Made by a program: the position numbers and the translations under genes. DNA of 64,000 nucleotides from Mustelus asterias (Eukaryota). Location: NCBI RefSeq assembly GCF_964213995.1, contig NW_027590156.1:620001-684000 (forward strand), read 5' to 3'. Below, piece by piece: positions 26,447-38,089 of the stretch (positions are counted from its first letter, which is position 1; every line of letters starts with the position of its first letter). The notes beneath the pieces were generated by a model, which saw nothing but the letters and a program-made list of their open reading frames with translations, was not told the origin of the DNA and did not search any database.

Positions 26447-27225
26447 ATAAGACAATAAGATATCGGAGCAGAATTTGGCCATTAGGCCCATCGAGCCGGC
26501 TGCACCATTCAATTCTGGCTGATAAGTTTCTCAAACCCATTCTCCTGCTTTTTCCCTGTAACCTTTGATCGCTGTACCAGTCAAGAACCTATCTATCTCT
26601 TTCTTAAGTACATTCAATGACCTGGCCTCCACAGCCCTGTCTGGCAATGAATTCCACAGATTCACCACCCTCGAGCTGAAAAAATTCCTCCTCGTCTCAG
26701 TTCTAAAGTAAGAAGTCTCACCGGTTTATTTGGAATCACCAGCTTTCGGAACACTGCTCCTTCATCAGGTGAGTGGGCAACTGGTGCTGTGAGACTTCCT
26801 ACTGCGCACACCCCAGTCCAACGCCGACATCTCCACATCACATTTCTAAAGGGCCATCCCTTTCCTCTGAGTCTGTGCCCTCGGGTCCAAGTCTCCCCTA
26901 ATAATGGAAACATCTTCCCCAAGTGCACTCGATCCAGGCCTTTCATTATTCTGTAAGTTTCAATGTGATCCCCTTTCGCATACTTCCAAACTGCATCGAG
27001 TATGGACCCACAGTCCTCAGACGCTCCTCTTGCGTCAAGTCTTTCATTCCACGGATCATTCTTGTGAACCTGCTCTGGACCCTCTCCAAGGCCAGCACAT
27101 CCTTCCTTAGATACGGGGACCAAAATTGCTGACAATATTCTGAATGCGGTCAGACCAGTGTCTTATAAACCCTCAGCAGTACACCCCTTCTTTTGCATTC
27201 TCGTTGTCTCGAAATTAACGCTACC
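26447..27225 (-). mobile_element. CR1 3' fragment interrupted by a short Penelope-like insert (26709-26843)
   Basis: CR1 C-terminal remnants on both sides; the insert is flanked by TTCTAAAG duplicates (26701-26708 and 26844-26851). Confidence 0.8.
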
Positions 27226-27527
27226 AGAGTGATCTCTGCTGTATCGAATTAATATTGATCCTCCATTATTTCCAACTTTCCATACCTCCCTGACCCTCAA
27301 AACCCCATCGAGGCTGTAACTGTTCTACTTTGGGTATAAAACGTGTCGGATTGAAGGGGGTTAAGTGAAGCTGTTTGTTTAGTGACTGGAATTGATGTGA
27401 GTCTCCATGGATCCGATTAATGTGTCTGGAGGGATTTCCCTCTTCTATTAATAAGGGATTCCGTTCAATGTGTTGTCCCATTGAGTCAGCGGGACCGAAA
27501 CTCCGACACTAACAGAGATCAGCGGCT

Positions 27528-27816
27528 ATGGAGAGAGAGGGAGGGAGAGGAGAGATCAGAATCCGGGGAACAATGGATTGGAATCTTCCAACAATGGATC
27601 CGAATCTGGGAACAATGAACCGGAATGTTTCAACAATAGATCAGAATCTGGGAACAATGGATTGGAATGTTCCAGTTAAGGACAGAAGTTTATTCCATTG
27701 GATTTCTTGGTTTACTGCAGATGGTTGGTGGATAACATCAGCTGATCGGATTCGATATCTGCTGAAGGCGATTCAACACTTTTACTATCCCCTCCTAGCG
27801 ATTGTTGGTGTTCCGG
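27528..27816 (+). CDS. GPR139/GPR142-like GPCR gene 2, coding exon 1 (start could be 27528 or a later repeat ATG such as 27573)
   Basis: ORF ends ...IQHFYYPLLAIVGVP followed by a phase-1 G|gtaagt donor at the same position as in gene 1. The N-terminus contains 7-aa repeats. Confidence 0.82.
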
Positions 27817-28325
27817 GTAAGTCCCTGGCTGGAATTGTACCGGCCCGACCGCCACGGGAATCGGTGCAGACGAGGGGCGGAGCATGGGAAGGTCTGTTGA
27901 ACACGGGTGGGATTTGGCAGCTTGGGGAAGAGTGAGGCTGTAAGGTCCTGTCCCCTGTGTACAGTTCCTAATTCTACAAAGGCTGTTTAACTGTATTGAT
28001 TTTCTTATAATTTACTGTACACGGTTTGCTGCTCTTGTTGTTTCTGTTGAATCTCTGTATCCAGTTATTAATTCTTTCAGCGACTGACAATTGGCTCAGG
28101 GCCTATGGGCTGAAATGTCTTCTGTGTGTTGTGACTTTCCATAGACATGTGATCTCAAACACTATTCGTTCGTGAATAAGAGATTGAGGCAGAATCATTT
28201 TTACCCTCTGCACGTAACACCAGTTCACTGCTAATCACCCACCCAGTCAGCAGATCACAGAATCCATTTTATTAGTCATATGTGCACAGCAAGATCTCAC
28301 AGAGAGAGAACATGTTTTCTAAAGT

Positions 28326-28622
28326 TTGAAATTACTCATCAGTGTCACAAGTATGGAAACATTAACATTAGAGTGAAGTTAGTGTAAAAATCCCCTGAAG
28401 TTACTGTGAACATTTCAGCCCCTGTTCGGGTACGCTGAGGGAGAACTTATCTTGGCCAATGCACCTAAACAGAGTAATTTTCAGATTTTGGGAGGAGATC
28501 GGAGCACACAGAGGAGAACCACGCAGACACAGGGAGACCGTGCAAACTCTGTACAGACAGTAGCCAAGCCTGGAATTGATCCAGGGCCCCTGGTGCTGTG
28601 AGGCAACAATGCTGTACCACCA
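28326..28622 (-). mobile_element. Degenerate tRNA-derived SINE
   Basis: Similarity to the other SINE copies in the window. Confidence 0.7.
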
Positions 28623-28864
28623 CAAACCCTCCTACATTCACAGAAACACAAACACAGACACACCTAGACGCACATACACAAATGCACACATTTGCTGATA
28701 AAGGCAATCAGATTTACACACAAACACACAAACACACACACAAGGGAGGTGGGCGGGTTTACAGCTACTTCCTGTCTATTGATGACAGGGTGAGCAGTAA
28801 AACTGTGTAACAGCCTAGAACTCAGGTCCACGCCCGATTTCTCACCTCTTGCAACCTCACCAGC

Positions 28865-29597
28865 AATGGATATGCAAAGGGACTTGGGAGTCCTAGTCCA
28901 GGATTCTCTAAAGGTAAACTTGCAGGTTGAGTCCGTAATTAGGAAAGCAAATGTAATGTTGTCATTTATCTCAAGAGGCTTGGAATACAAAAGCAGGGAT
29001 GTACTTCTGAGGCTTTATAAAGCACTGGTTAGGCCCCATTTGGAGTACTGTGAGCAATTTTGGGCCCCACACCTCAGGAAGGACATACTGGCACTGGAGC
29101 GGGTCCAGCGGAGATTCACACGGATGATCCCAGGAATGGTAGGCCTGACATACGATGAACGTCTGAGGATCGTGGGATTATATTCATTGGAGTTTAGGAG
29201 GTTGAGGGGAGATCTGATAGAAACTTACAAGATAATGAACGGCTTAGATAGGATGGACGTAGGGAAGTTGTTTCCATTAACAGGGGAGACTAGGACGCGG
29301 GGGCACAGCCTTAGAATAAAAGGGAGTCACTTTAGAACAGAGATGAGGAGAAATTTCTTCAGCCAGAGAGTGGTGGGTCTGTGGAATTCATTGCCACAGA
29401 GGGCTGTGGAGGCCGAGACGTTGAGCGTCTTCAAGACAGAAATTGATAAATTCTTGATTTCTCGAGGAATTAAGGGCTATGGGGAGAGAGCGGGTAAATG
29501 GAGTTGAAATCAACCATGATTGAATGGTGGAGTGGACTCGATGGGCCGAATGGCCTTACTTCCGCTCCTATGTCTTATGGTCTTATGGTCTTATGGA
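28865..29597 (+). mobile_element. CR1 3' fragment with an open ORF2 C-terminus
   Basis: QRDLGV...LVRPHLEYCEQFW...RLRGDLIETYK, ending in a (TCTTATGG)n tail. Confidence 0.9.
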
Positions 29598-30159
29598 TTC
29601 AGCCTCCTGCCCATTTCTGACGAGAGGCTGAATAGATTATTTAAATTTATTTTAAAACAATTTTAAATAAAATTAGCGAGCCTGGGATGGAATTGTGCGG
29701 CACGCTTGCCTTTGCTTTTGCACGCTTGCCTCACTGGGAGAGGTTGTGTGTCGTGAGGAAAACAGCTGGACCCCACGTACGTGGACCAGTCATGATGACT
29801 TCGCCAGTAGAACCAAAGACCATTGAGGACGCTGGGCAAGGTCGAGGGCAAAGGTAGGTGCCCCTTGGGCAATGCTCACCGGGCAGTACCAGGGAGTGGG
29901 CCTGCAGGGGCGGGACCTGCAGGGGCTGGAGCAGAAGGGGCGGGGCCTGCAGGGGCGGGGCCTGAAGGCAGCTTGGCACTTGGGGAACAGGCCGATCGGG
30001 TTTGGAGGGTGGCCCAATACCACGCTGCATGTCATTGGTGGAGTAGGGAGTGCGGCCCCGCTGCCACTTTGTTCGAGATTGTTGAGGTAGTTTGGTCTTG
30101 CTGCCACTCTCAACGTAGTGAAGGGCAGAGGGTCTCACTGACACTCTGCAAGTGATTGG

Positions 30160-30735
30160 TGCGGTAGGGAGGGGGGTTTCGCTGCCTCTCTGCATGCACA
30201 GTGGGGTAGGGAGAGGGGTCTCGCTGCCTCTTTGCACGCACAGTGGGTTATGGATGGGGTCTCGCTGCCTCTCTGCATGCACAGTCGGGTAGGGAGGGGG
30301 TCTCGCTGCCTGTCTGCGTGCACAGTTGGGTAGGGACGGGGTCTCGCTGCCTGTCTGCGTGCACAGTTGGGTAGGGAGGGGGTCTCACTGCCTCTCTGCA
30401 TGCACACTGGGGAACGGAGGGGGGTCTCGCTGCCTCTCTGCATGCACAGTGGGGTAGGAAGGGGGTCTCGCTGCCTCTCTGCCTGGACAGTGGATTAGGG
30501 AGGGGGTCTCGCTGCCTCTCTGCATGCACAATGGGGTAGGAAGGGGGTCTCGCTGCCTCTCTGCATGCTCAGTGGGTTAGGGAGGGTGTGTCGCTGCCTC
30601 TCTGCATGCACACTGTGGTAGGGAGGGGGTCTCGCTGTATCTCTGCGTGCACAGTGAGGGAGGGAGGGGCTCTCGCTGCCTCTCTGCCTGCACAGTGGGG
30701 TAGGGAGTGGGGTCACGCAGCCTCTCTGCATGCAA
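30160..30735. repeat. 41-bp G-rich minisatellite (TCTCGCTGCCTCTCTGCATGCACAGTGGGGTAGGGAGGGGG)n, about 14 copies
   Basis: Period of 41 (for example 30301 and 30342). Confidence 0.9.
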
Positions 30736-31019
30736 TTGGTGTGAAGGAAGGTGGGTGATTGGTCCAGGTAGTGGGGGTGGGGCTATATCCGGTCGGAGGT
30801 TGCTCACGAAGTGCTGCGGACCCCCGGACTATCTGGGGGTAGCTGCTGTGTTGAAGCTAGCTGCAGCAGCAGAGAGCTGACAGATTTCTCTCTCAGACCA
30901 GGCAGCTCACTGCTGGCTGCAATTGTGCATTTGCAACCACAGAAGTTTGGTACGTGGTCGGTATCCCAGCCAGCGCTGTAAGAGCTGCAAGTGATGTGGC
31001 CACTGCTGTGGGTGGTCTA

Positions 31020-31720
31020 ACAGCCATAGAGTTTTAACCGCACAAAATGAGGCCCTTCGGCCCATTATGTCTGAACTGGTCATCAAACACCTATCCAATC
31101 GAATTCCATTTTCCAGCACTCGATCCACAGCCATGTGTGCTCTGGCATTTGAATTGCTGATCTAAATGCCTCTTGTGGTTGTTCCCGCTTCTACCATCCT
31201 TTCAGACCATGAACTGCAGACCCCAGCACCCTGTGGATGGGAACATTTTCCCTCAAATACTCACAAAAATCTGCCCTTTGCCTTAAATCCACGCCCCACT
31301 TGTTATTGACACCTCTACTAAAGGAGAAGTTTTCTTCCTATCTTGGTGCCACATAGTTTTGTACAGATCACTCAGGTCTCCCGACCTGAAAGTGTTCCCC
31401 ACCACCACCCACTACACCCACTCTCCCTCCAGCCGTCTCTGCTCTAAGGTAAAATTACATCCTTCCTGTCGTGTGATGACCAGCGCTGCACACAGTTCTC
31501 TTGCTCTGCTCAAACCAGCATTTTATACACTTCCATCAAAATCTCCCACCTCTTATATTCTATGCTGCAGCTGCTAAAGACAAGTATCCTATATGTTGTT
31601 TTAACCACCTGATCTACCTGTCTTACTGCCTTCAGGGATCCTTATATATGCGCCCCACATTCATTCTGGCCCTCTGCACTTCCTCACACTCTGCTGTTCA
31701 TTGTGCATTGTTCCAGCTTG
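31020..31720 (-). mobile_element. Old CR1 3' fragment
   Basis: GAGGCCCTTCGGCCCA 3' UTR motif followed by decayed ORF2 sequence. Confidence 0.65.
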
Positions 31721-31734
31721 AGATGTGAAAGACT

Positions 31735-33400
31735 GATTTGATTTGATTTGAATTGATTTGATTGATTACTGTAACATGTATTAGTATACAGTGAAAAGTA
31801 TTGTTCCTTCAGTGATATGCAGGTAAAGCATACCATACATAGAGAAGGAGAGAGTGCAGAATGTAATGTTGCAATCATAGCTAAGGTGTAGAAAAAGATC
31901 ATCATGATGCGATGGTGGTCCATTCAAATGTCTGATGGCAGCAGAGAAGAAGCTGTTCTTGAGTCGGCAGCATGATGGCACAATGGTTAGCACTGCTGTC
32001 TCACAGGGACCTGAGTTCGATTCGCAGCTTGGAGCACTGTGTGGAATTTGTACATTCTTCATAGGTCTGCGTGGGTTTCCTCCGGATGCTCTGGTTTCCA
32101 CCCACAGTCCAAAGATATGCAGCTTAGGTTGATGGGCCATGCAAAATTGCCCATTAGGGTCCCGGGATATGTATGTTAGAGACATTACCAGGGTACATAT
32201 GGGACTTAGGGGATAGGACATAGGTGGGATAGTTGTCGGTGCAGACTCAATGGGCCGAATGGCCTTCCTCTGCACTGTAATGTTTCTATGATTCTATGAG
32301 TCAGTTGGTACATGTCCTCAGACTTTTTCATCTTAGTTTCCGACGGAACAAGTTGGAAGAGTTTATCTCCATGGTGAGCGGGGTCCTTAATTAGCCTGGC
32401 TGCTTTTCCCAGGCAGCGGGAAGTGGAGACAGTGTCAATTGGTGGTTTGAGTGATGGACTGAGTTCCATTCATAAAGCTTTGAAGTTTTGTGTAGTTTTG
32501 GACAGAGCAGGAGCCATACCAAACTGTGACACAACCAGAAAGACAGTTCTCTATGGTGCATCTCTAAAAGTTGGAGAGAATCGTAGCTGACATGCCAATT
32601 GTCCTTAGACCTCTGAGAAGGTAGGGGCGTTGATCGGCTTTCTTAATTATGGGATCGTCGTGGAGGGGCCAGGACAGGTTGCTGGTGATCTGGACCCATA
32701 CAAACTTGATGCTCTCAACCATTTCAACTTCATCCCATTGTTTAGACAGGGCATGTACTCCACTCTGCTTCCTGAAGTCGATGACGATCTCCTTTGCATT
32801 GTTGACATTGAGGAAGAGATAATTGTGGTCCCACCACTTCACCAGATTCTCTGTCTCTTCCCTGTTCTTGGTGTCATCGTTGTTTGAGATCCGACCCACT
32901 CCGTGGTGTCATCAGGAAACTGGGAAATAGAGTTGGACGGGAATTAGGCCACTCAGTCATTGGCGTATAAGGAGTATAGTAAGGGTCTGAGGACACACCC
33001 TTGTGGGGCACTGTTGTTGAGGATGATTGTGGAGGAGGTTTTGTTGACTGTCCTTATTTATTGCTGTCTGCGCGTCAGGAAGTTCAGGATCCAATTGCAG
33101 AGGCAGGAGCCGAACCCCAGGATACAGACTTTGGACATGAGTTTCGTAAGAATAATGGTGTTAAACGCTGAGCTGTAGTCGATAAACACGAGTCTGTGTT
33201 CCAGGGTTGACTGTCGGGCCAGGGAGATGGCGTCTGTGGACCTGTTGCGGAAGTAGGTGAACTGTAGTGTATCCAGGCAATCTGGGAGGCAGGAATTGAT
33301 TCATGCCATGACTAACCTTTTGATGCATTTCATAATATTGAATGTCAGAGTCACCGGACAATAGTTATTAAGGCAGCCTGCTTGGCCTTTCTTTGGTACC
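31735..33400 (-). mobile_element. Rex1/Babar-like non-LTR retrotransposon 3' part, interrupted by a SINE
   Basis: Minus-strand RT C-terminus GRISNNDD...LNVNNAKEIVIDFRK...LSW...KKADQRPYLLRGL, with a (TCAAA)n tail at about 31735-31765. Confidence 0.75.
31967..32298 (+). mobile_element. HE1-type SINE with a CR1/HER1-like 3' end
   Basis: A and B boxes; 3' GGTGCAGACTCAATGGGCCGAATGGCC...TTCTATGATTCTATG; TGAGTC repeated at the flanks. Confidence 0.82.
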
Positions 33401-34005
33401 GGCCTTGGTTTGAGTTCTTCTTACCTGGTGCATAGATTAGCAAATTTTCTACTGAGAGAGGACTCACTAAGCTTCAGTGGTCCAGCAGGCCATAGGGGGA
33501 GAGCAGCAAACGCACTGGGCACTAAGGACGGTAGCTATTCACTGAACCCTGAACCTTTCTCCCACTGTTGAAAGGAAACCCTGGTACTTGTGCTTTGTGC
33601 CAATCGAGTGTGAGATTACTGTTTCTTCCTGTGTTGTGCTAACGGTGGTCACAATGCTGTGGTCTCCTCTCCAGTCCTGTGGAAGTATAATAGAGTCGGA
33701 ACTGTTGAGGCATCGGGATCTCCCTCTTCCAACTGTTACTATTGTCCAGAGGAAAGGGTGAAACCAGCACTGTTTGTTACCAGCTCTGCTGCAGGGGTTG
33801 TCAGTGAGCTGTCTGAGTGACAACAGATTACCAGCTCCAGGACTCCAGTCTGGATTTTCTGTCAGTGTTTACTCACTCATCCTTCTTACCCTCCAAATCC
33901 CCCACAAGGTAGAGGGGCTATTTACCTGTAGCTGAGTGAGGGTCAATGTTGTGTACTCAGCGGAAATCTCTTCCCAAATGTATACCACTGTGTCGCGACC
34001 ATACT

Positions 34006-34172
34006 GCAGCACGGTGGCATAGTGGTTAGCACTGCTCACTCACAGCGTCAGGGACATGGGTTCAATTCCAGGCTTGGGTCACTGTCTGTGTGGAGTTTGG
34101 GCCTTCTCCCCGTGTCTGCGTGGGTTTCCTCCGGTTCTCCACTTTCCTCTCACACTGCAAAAGACGTGCTGG
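34006..34172 (+). mobile_element. Truncated tRNA-derived SINE
   Basis: GGTGGCATAGTGG A box and GGTTCAATTCC B box. Confidence 0.75.
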
Positions 34173-34302
34173 ATTTTTAAAAAAAGATTTAAGTGATTTT
34201 ATGTGTGTACATTTTTTTTTATTTCAACCCATCCTCAGTCCAAATGGTAACTTCTTTCCCGGAATCATATCTAATTTCATTCTTTATTTCCCTTCCTGGC
34301 AG

Positions 34303-35204
34303 TGAACACAATCACAATTGTGACACTGATGAGCAGAAACTGTGGTCTGTCCAAATGTGTCACCCGTTACCTGGTGGCCATGTCAGTGGGGGATCTGCTG
34401 GTCGTTATCCTCGACCTGATATTGAGACATATTCCTATTGTTTATCAGGAACTGTTTACTTTCCTGCGCTCAGTCCCCGTGTGTAACATCCACGCCGTCC
34501 TGCTTTATGCAGCCACTGACTGTTCTGTCTGGTTCACCGTCACTTTCACCTTTGATCGATTTGTGGCCATTTGCTGCCCCAAGCTGAAAAGTAAATATTG
34601 CAGCGAGAAATCGGCGGCTGTGGTTCTGGGAACAGTGACGGTGCTGAGCTGCTTAAAGAACATTTTCTGGTATTTTGTGTTTTTAAATAGATATTGGCTG
34701 CAGAACGTCCCCTGGTTTTGTTTGGTCACATGGCATGTTATGTACTCTCCGGTCTGGGGAACAATCGAGTTCCTCCACTACATTCTAACCCCGTGTGTCC
34801 CATTCGTCCTTATTCTGCTGTTCAATGCTTTCACCGTCAGACACATTTTAATGAGCAGCAGAGCCCGCAGGAGACTCCGGGCTCACAGCAGTGGAGAGAA
34901 TCCCAGAGACCCAGAGATGGAGAGTCGAAGGAAATCCATCATTTTACTGTTTGTTATCTCAGCCAATTTCATCGTCTTATGGTCGACATTCATGGTTTAT
35001 TCTATATGGAGTCGGATGTTAAATGTGAGCTATAGCCCAGTATGGTTACATTATTTTGTTATGGAATTGGGTTTCATGCTCCAACTCACAAGTTGCTGTA
35101 CAAACACTGCCATTTATGCTGTGACACAGACTCAGTTCAGACAGCAGCTGAAAAATCTGCTGAAAGCTCCCCTTACTGCAATTCTTCAACTCATTAGACC
35201 CTGA
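34303..35204 (+). CDS. GPR139/GPR142-like GPCR gene 2, coding exon 2 (spliced product up to 396 aa)
   Basis: Acceptor ttcccttcctggcag at 34302; in-frame join GVP-V-NTITIVTLMSRNCGLSKC. Contains FTFDRFVAICC, ECL2 VPWFC, DPEM in ICL3 and FMLQLTSCCTNTAIY in TM7; TGA at 35204. Clear paralog of gene 1. Confidence 0.92.
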
Positions 35205-35279
35205 GAGGAAACTACAACCACAAGACCCCTGACTCTTCCTATTGGACATTCAAACTGTAAATAACAAACAGCCTCACAG

Positions 35280-35970
35280 AGTCAGAAACAGTGACAGATA
35301 GAGAGAGAGAGGGCAGTGAGAGCAACAGTGAGAGTGATAGAGAGACAGCGATTGACAGAGAGAGGGAAGGGCACAAATACATGGAGTGTGACAGAGTTTG
35401 AAAGAGTTTCTAACAGATACAGGGAAAGAGACAAAGAGAGAGAGAGAGAGACAGAGAGAAAGGACAGAGACAGATAGGGAGTCTCACAGAGCGAGAAAAG
35501 CAGGGATAGAGATTGGGGGAAATGGGGAGGGAGATGGACAGGGAATGAGAAAGGGAGACAGAGGGAGACTGATGGGAGGAATTAATGAGAGAGGGAGACT
35601 AAGATGGAAAGGGAGACAGAAAGGGAGGCAGAGGGAAACAGATACAGAGACAGAGAGCGTCAGCGAATTTGAAACAGTGAGACAGAATGAGTACAATGGA
35701 CACAGCAAGAGCAAAAGGCTGAGCGAGATAGAGAGAGTGAAAGACAGAGAAATAAGAAAAGGGAGACAGAGAAGGAGAGGGAGAAGGAGAGTGAGACTGA
35801 GAGGGGGGAGGAGACACAGAGGAAGAGTGTAGAGAGAAGGTGAATGAGGGAGGTGCAGAGAGCCAGTAAGAGAAACAGAGAAACAGGCAGAGACAGAGAC
35901 ACACAGAGAGAGAGAGAGAGAGAGATACAGAGAGGGATGCTCAGAAAGACAGAAAGAGACGGTGAGAGAC
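35280..35970. repeat. GA-rich low-complexity tract
   Basis: Degenerate (GA)n/(GACA)n sequence. Confidence 0.9.
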
Positions 35971-36549
35971 ATACTTAATGATTTTAACGATACCCATCAG
36001 GTGGAGTTATTGGAATATGAGCTCCCTGATTGAGACAGTTAATGCTGCCCAATCCGGGAGCCCTGCAGACGTATATAATATGGTGTGTCTAGGTTACCAG
36101 AACTCAGGGTGGGTACACTCAGGGTGTGGATGCGATGGACTGGTGGTTTTATCATTGGACTATTAATACAGAAACTCAGCTAATGTTCTGGGCACTCGGG
36201 TTCGAATCCCGTCACGGCAGATGGTGGAAAATGGACCACCCTGCATCAGTCAGGAATTTGTGCATTAGATGAAGTTGAACAGAAATTAACACGTTCGGAC
36301 AGTGTCAGATTACTCATCATCCAACGGCCTGCAACGACCCAAATAGTAAAAGCAGGTTCAAAAAAACATCCCACAGCCTCCTTGGACACCAAACCATCCA
36401 GATTCAACTNNNNNNNNNNNNNNNNNNNNNNNNNNNNNNNNNNNNNNNNNNNNNNNNNNNNNNNNNNNNNNNNNNNNNNNNNNNNNNNNNNNNNNNNNNN
36501 NNNNNNNNNNNNNNNNNNNNNNNNNNNNNNNNNNNNNNNNNNNNNNNNN

Positions 36550-37899
36550 CCCAACACCCGAGGAAATAGTCTTTGTACGTTCACTCTATCTATCCCCTTC
36601 ATCATTTTATAAACCTCTATTAAGTCTCCCCTCAACCTCCTCCACTCCAGAGAGAACAGCCCGAGCTCCCTCAACCTTTCCTCAAAAGACCTACCCTCCA
36701 AACCAGGCAGCATCCTGGTAAATCTCCTCTGCACTCTTTCCAGCGCTTCCACATCCTTCTTATAATGAGGTGACCAGAACTCCACACAATATTCCAAATG
36801 TGGTCTCACCAAGGTCCTGTATAGTTGCAGCATAACCCCACGGCTCTTAAACTCCAACCCCCTGTTAATAAAAGCTAACACACTATAGGCCTTCTTCACA
36901 GCTCTATCCACTTGAGTGGCAACCTTCAGCGATCTGTGGATATGGACACCAAGATCTCTCTGTTCCTGCACAGAACCCTACCTTTGACCCTGTAATCCAC
37001 ATTTAAATTAGTCCTACCAAAATGAATCACCTCACATTTATCAGGGCTAAACCCCATCTGCCATTTTTCGGCCCAGCTCTGCATCCTATCAATGTCTCTC
37101 TGCAGCCTACAACAGCCCTCCACCTCATCCACTACTCCACCAATCTTGGTGACATCAGTACATTTACTGATCCACCCTTCAGCCCCCTCCTCTATGTCAT
37201 TAATAAAAATCACAAAATAGCAGAGGACCAAGCACTGATCCCTGTGGCACTCCGATAGCAACCTGCCTCCAGTCCGAAAATTTTCCATCCACCACCACCC
37301 TCTGGCTATCTGATCGAAGACAGTTACCTATCCAATCGTCCAACTTTCCCTCTATCCCACACCTTCTTACTTTCATCATAAGCCGACCATGGGGGACCTT
37401 ATCAAACGCCGTACTAAAATCCATGTACATGACATCAACTGCCCTACCTTCGTCAACACACTAAGTTACCTCCTCAAAAATTCTGTCAAATTTGTGAGGC
37501 ACGACTTGCCCTTCACAAATCCGTGCTGACTAGCCCGGATTAATCCGCATCTTTCTAAATGGTCGTAAATCCCATCCCTATGGATGGGAACCACCGAAGT
37601 AAGATTAACCAGCCTATAATTACCAGGGTCATTTCTATTCCCTTTCTTAAACAGAGGAACAACATTCGCCACTCTCCAGTCCTCTGGCACCATCGCCATG
37701 GACAGTGAGCACCCAAAGATCAAAGCCAAAGGCTCTGCAATCTCAACCCTTGCCTCCAAAGAGTCCTTGGATATATTTCATCAGGCCCAGGGGACTTATC
37801 AACCTTCAGTCTATTCAAAACTGCTAGTACATCCTCCCTCCGAACATCTACTTCCTCCTGCCTATTAGCTTGTAACACCTTCTCTTCCTCAAAAACATG
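36550..37899 (-). mobile_element. 5'-truncated CR1 of the same young subfamily as 9880-13822; its 3' end runs into the gap
   Basis: Near-identical RT translations; the element stops at ...CTCAAAAACATGG. Confidence 0.9.
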
Positions 37900-37945
37900 G
37901 TGAAGAAAATATACCACCTGATCCATGGAGTTATTGGTGTTCCTG
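37897..37945 (+). pseudogene. Orphan exon-1 3' end of a third GPR139/142-like gene
   Basis: (M)VKKIYHLIHGVIGVP followed by G|gtaagt: same IGVP end, phase and donor as genes 1 and 2. No matching exon 2 was seen. Confidence 0.65.
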
Positions 37946-38089
37946 GTAAGTGACTATTACCATTGTTTTTGTCTAAATGTGTGTGTGAGCTGCTCTATGC
38001 TGCTACTCTGTGACTGATCTACATGTCAGCATTTTACAGACACATGATCAGTGATAAGATATACTGATCCCAGTGATCCAATCGTCAGC

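Noticed and set aside
27817-27935. Read-through part of ORF 27528-27935
   Set aside because: Lies after a consensus GTAAGT donor at the conserved intron position.
29731-30282. GC-rich ORFs next to the 41-bp repeat
   Set aside because: No recognisable domain; partly short tandem repeats, possibly a decayed transposon.
35398-35972. Charged or Leu/Ser-rich ORFs
   Set aside because: Translations of GA-rich low-complexity DNA.
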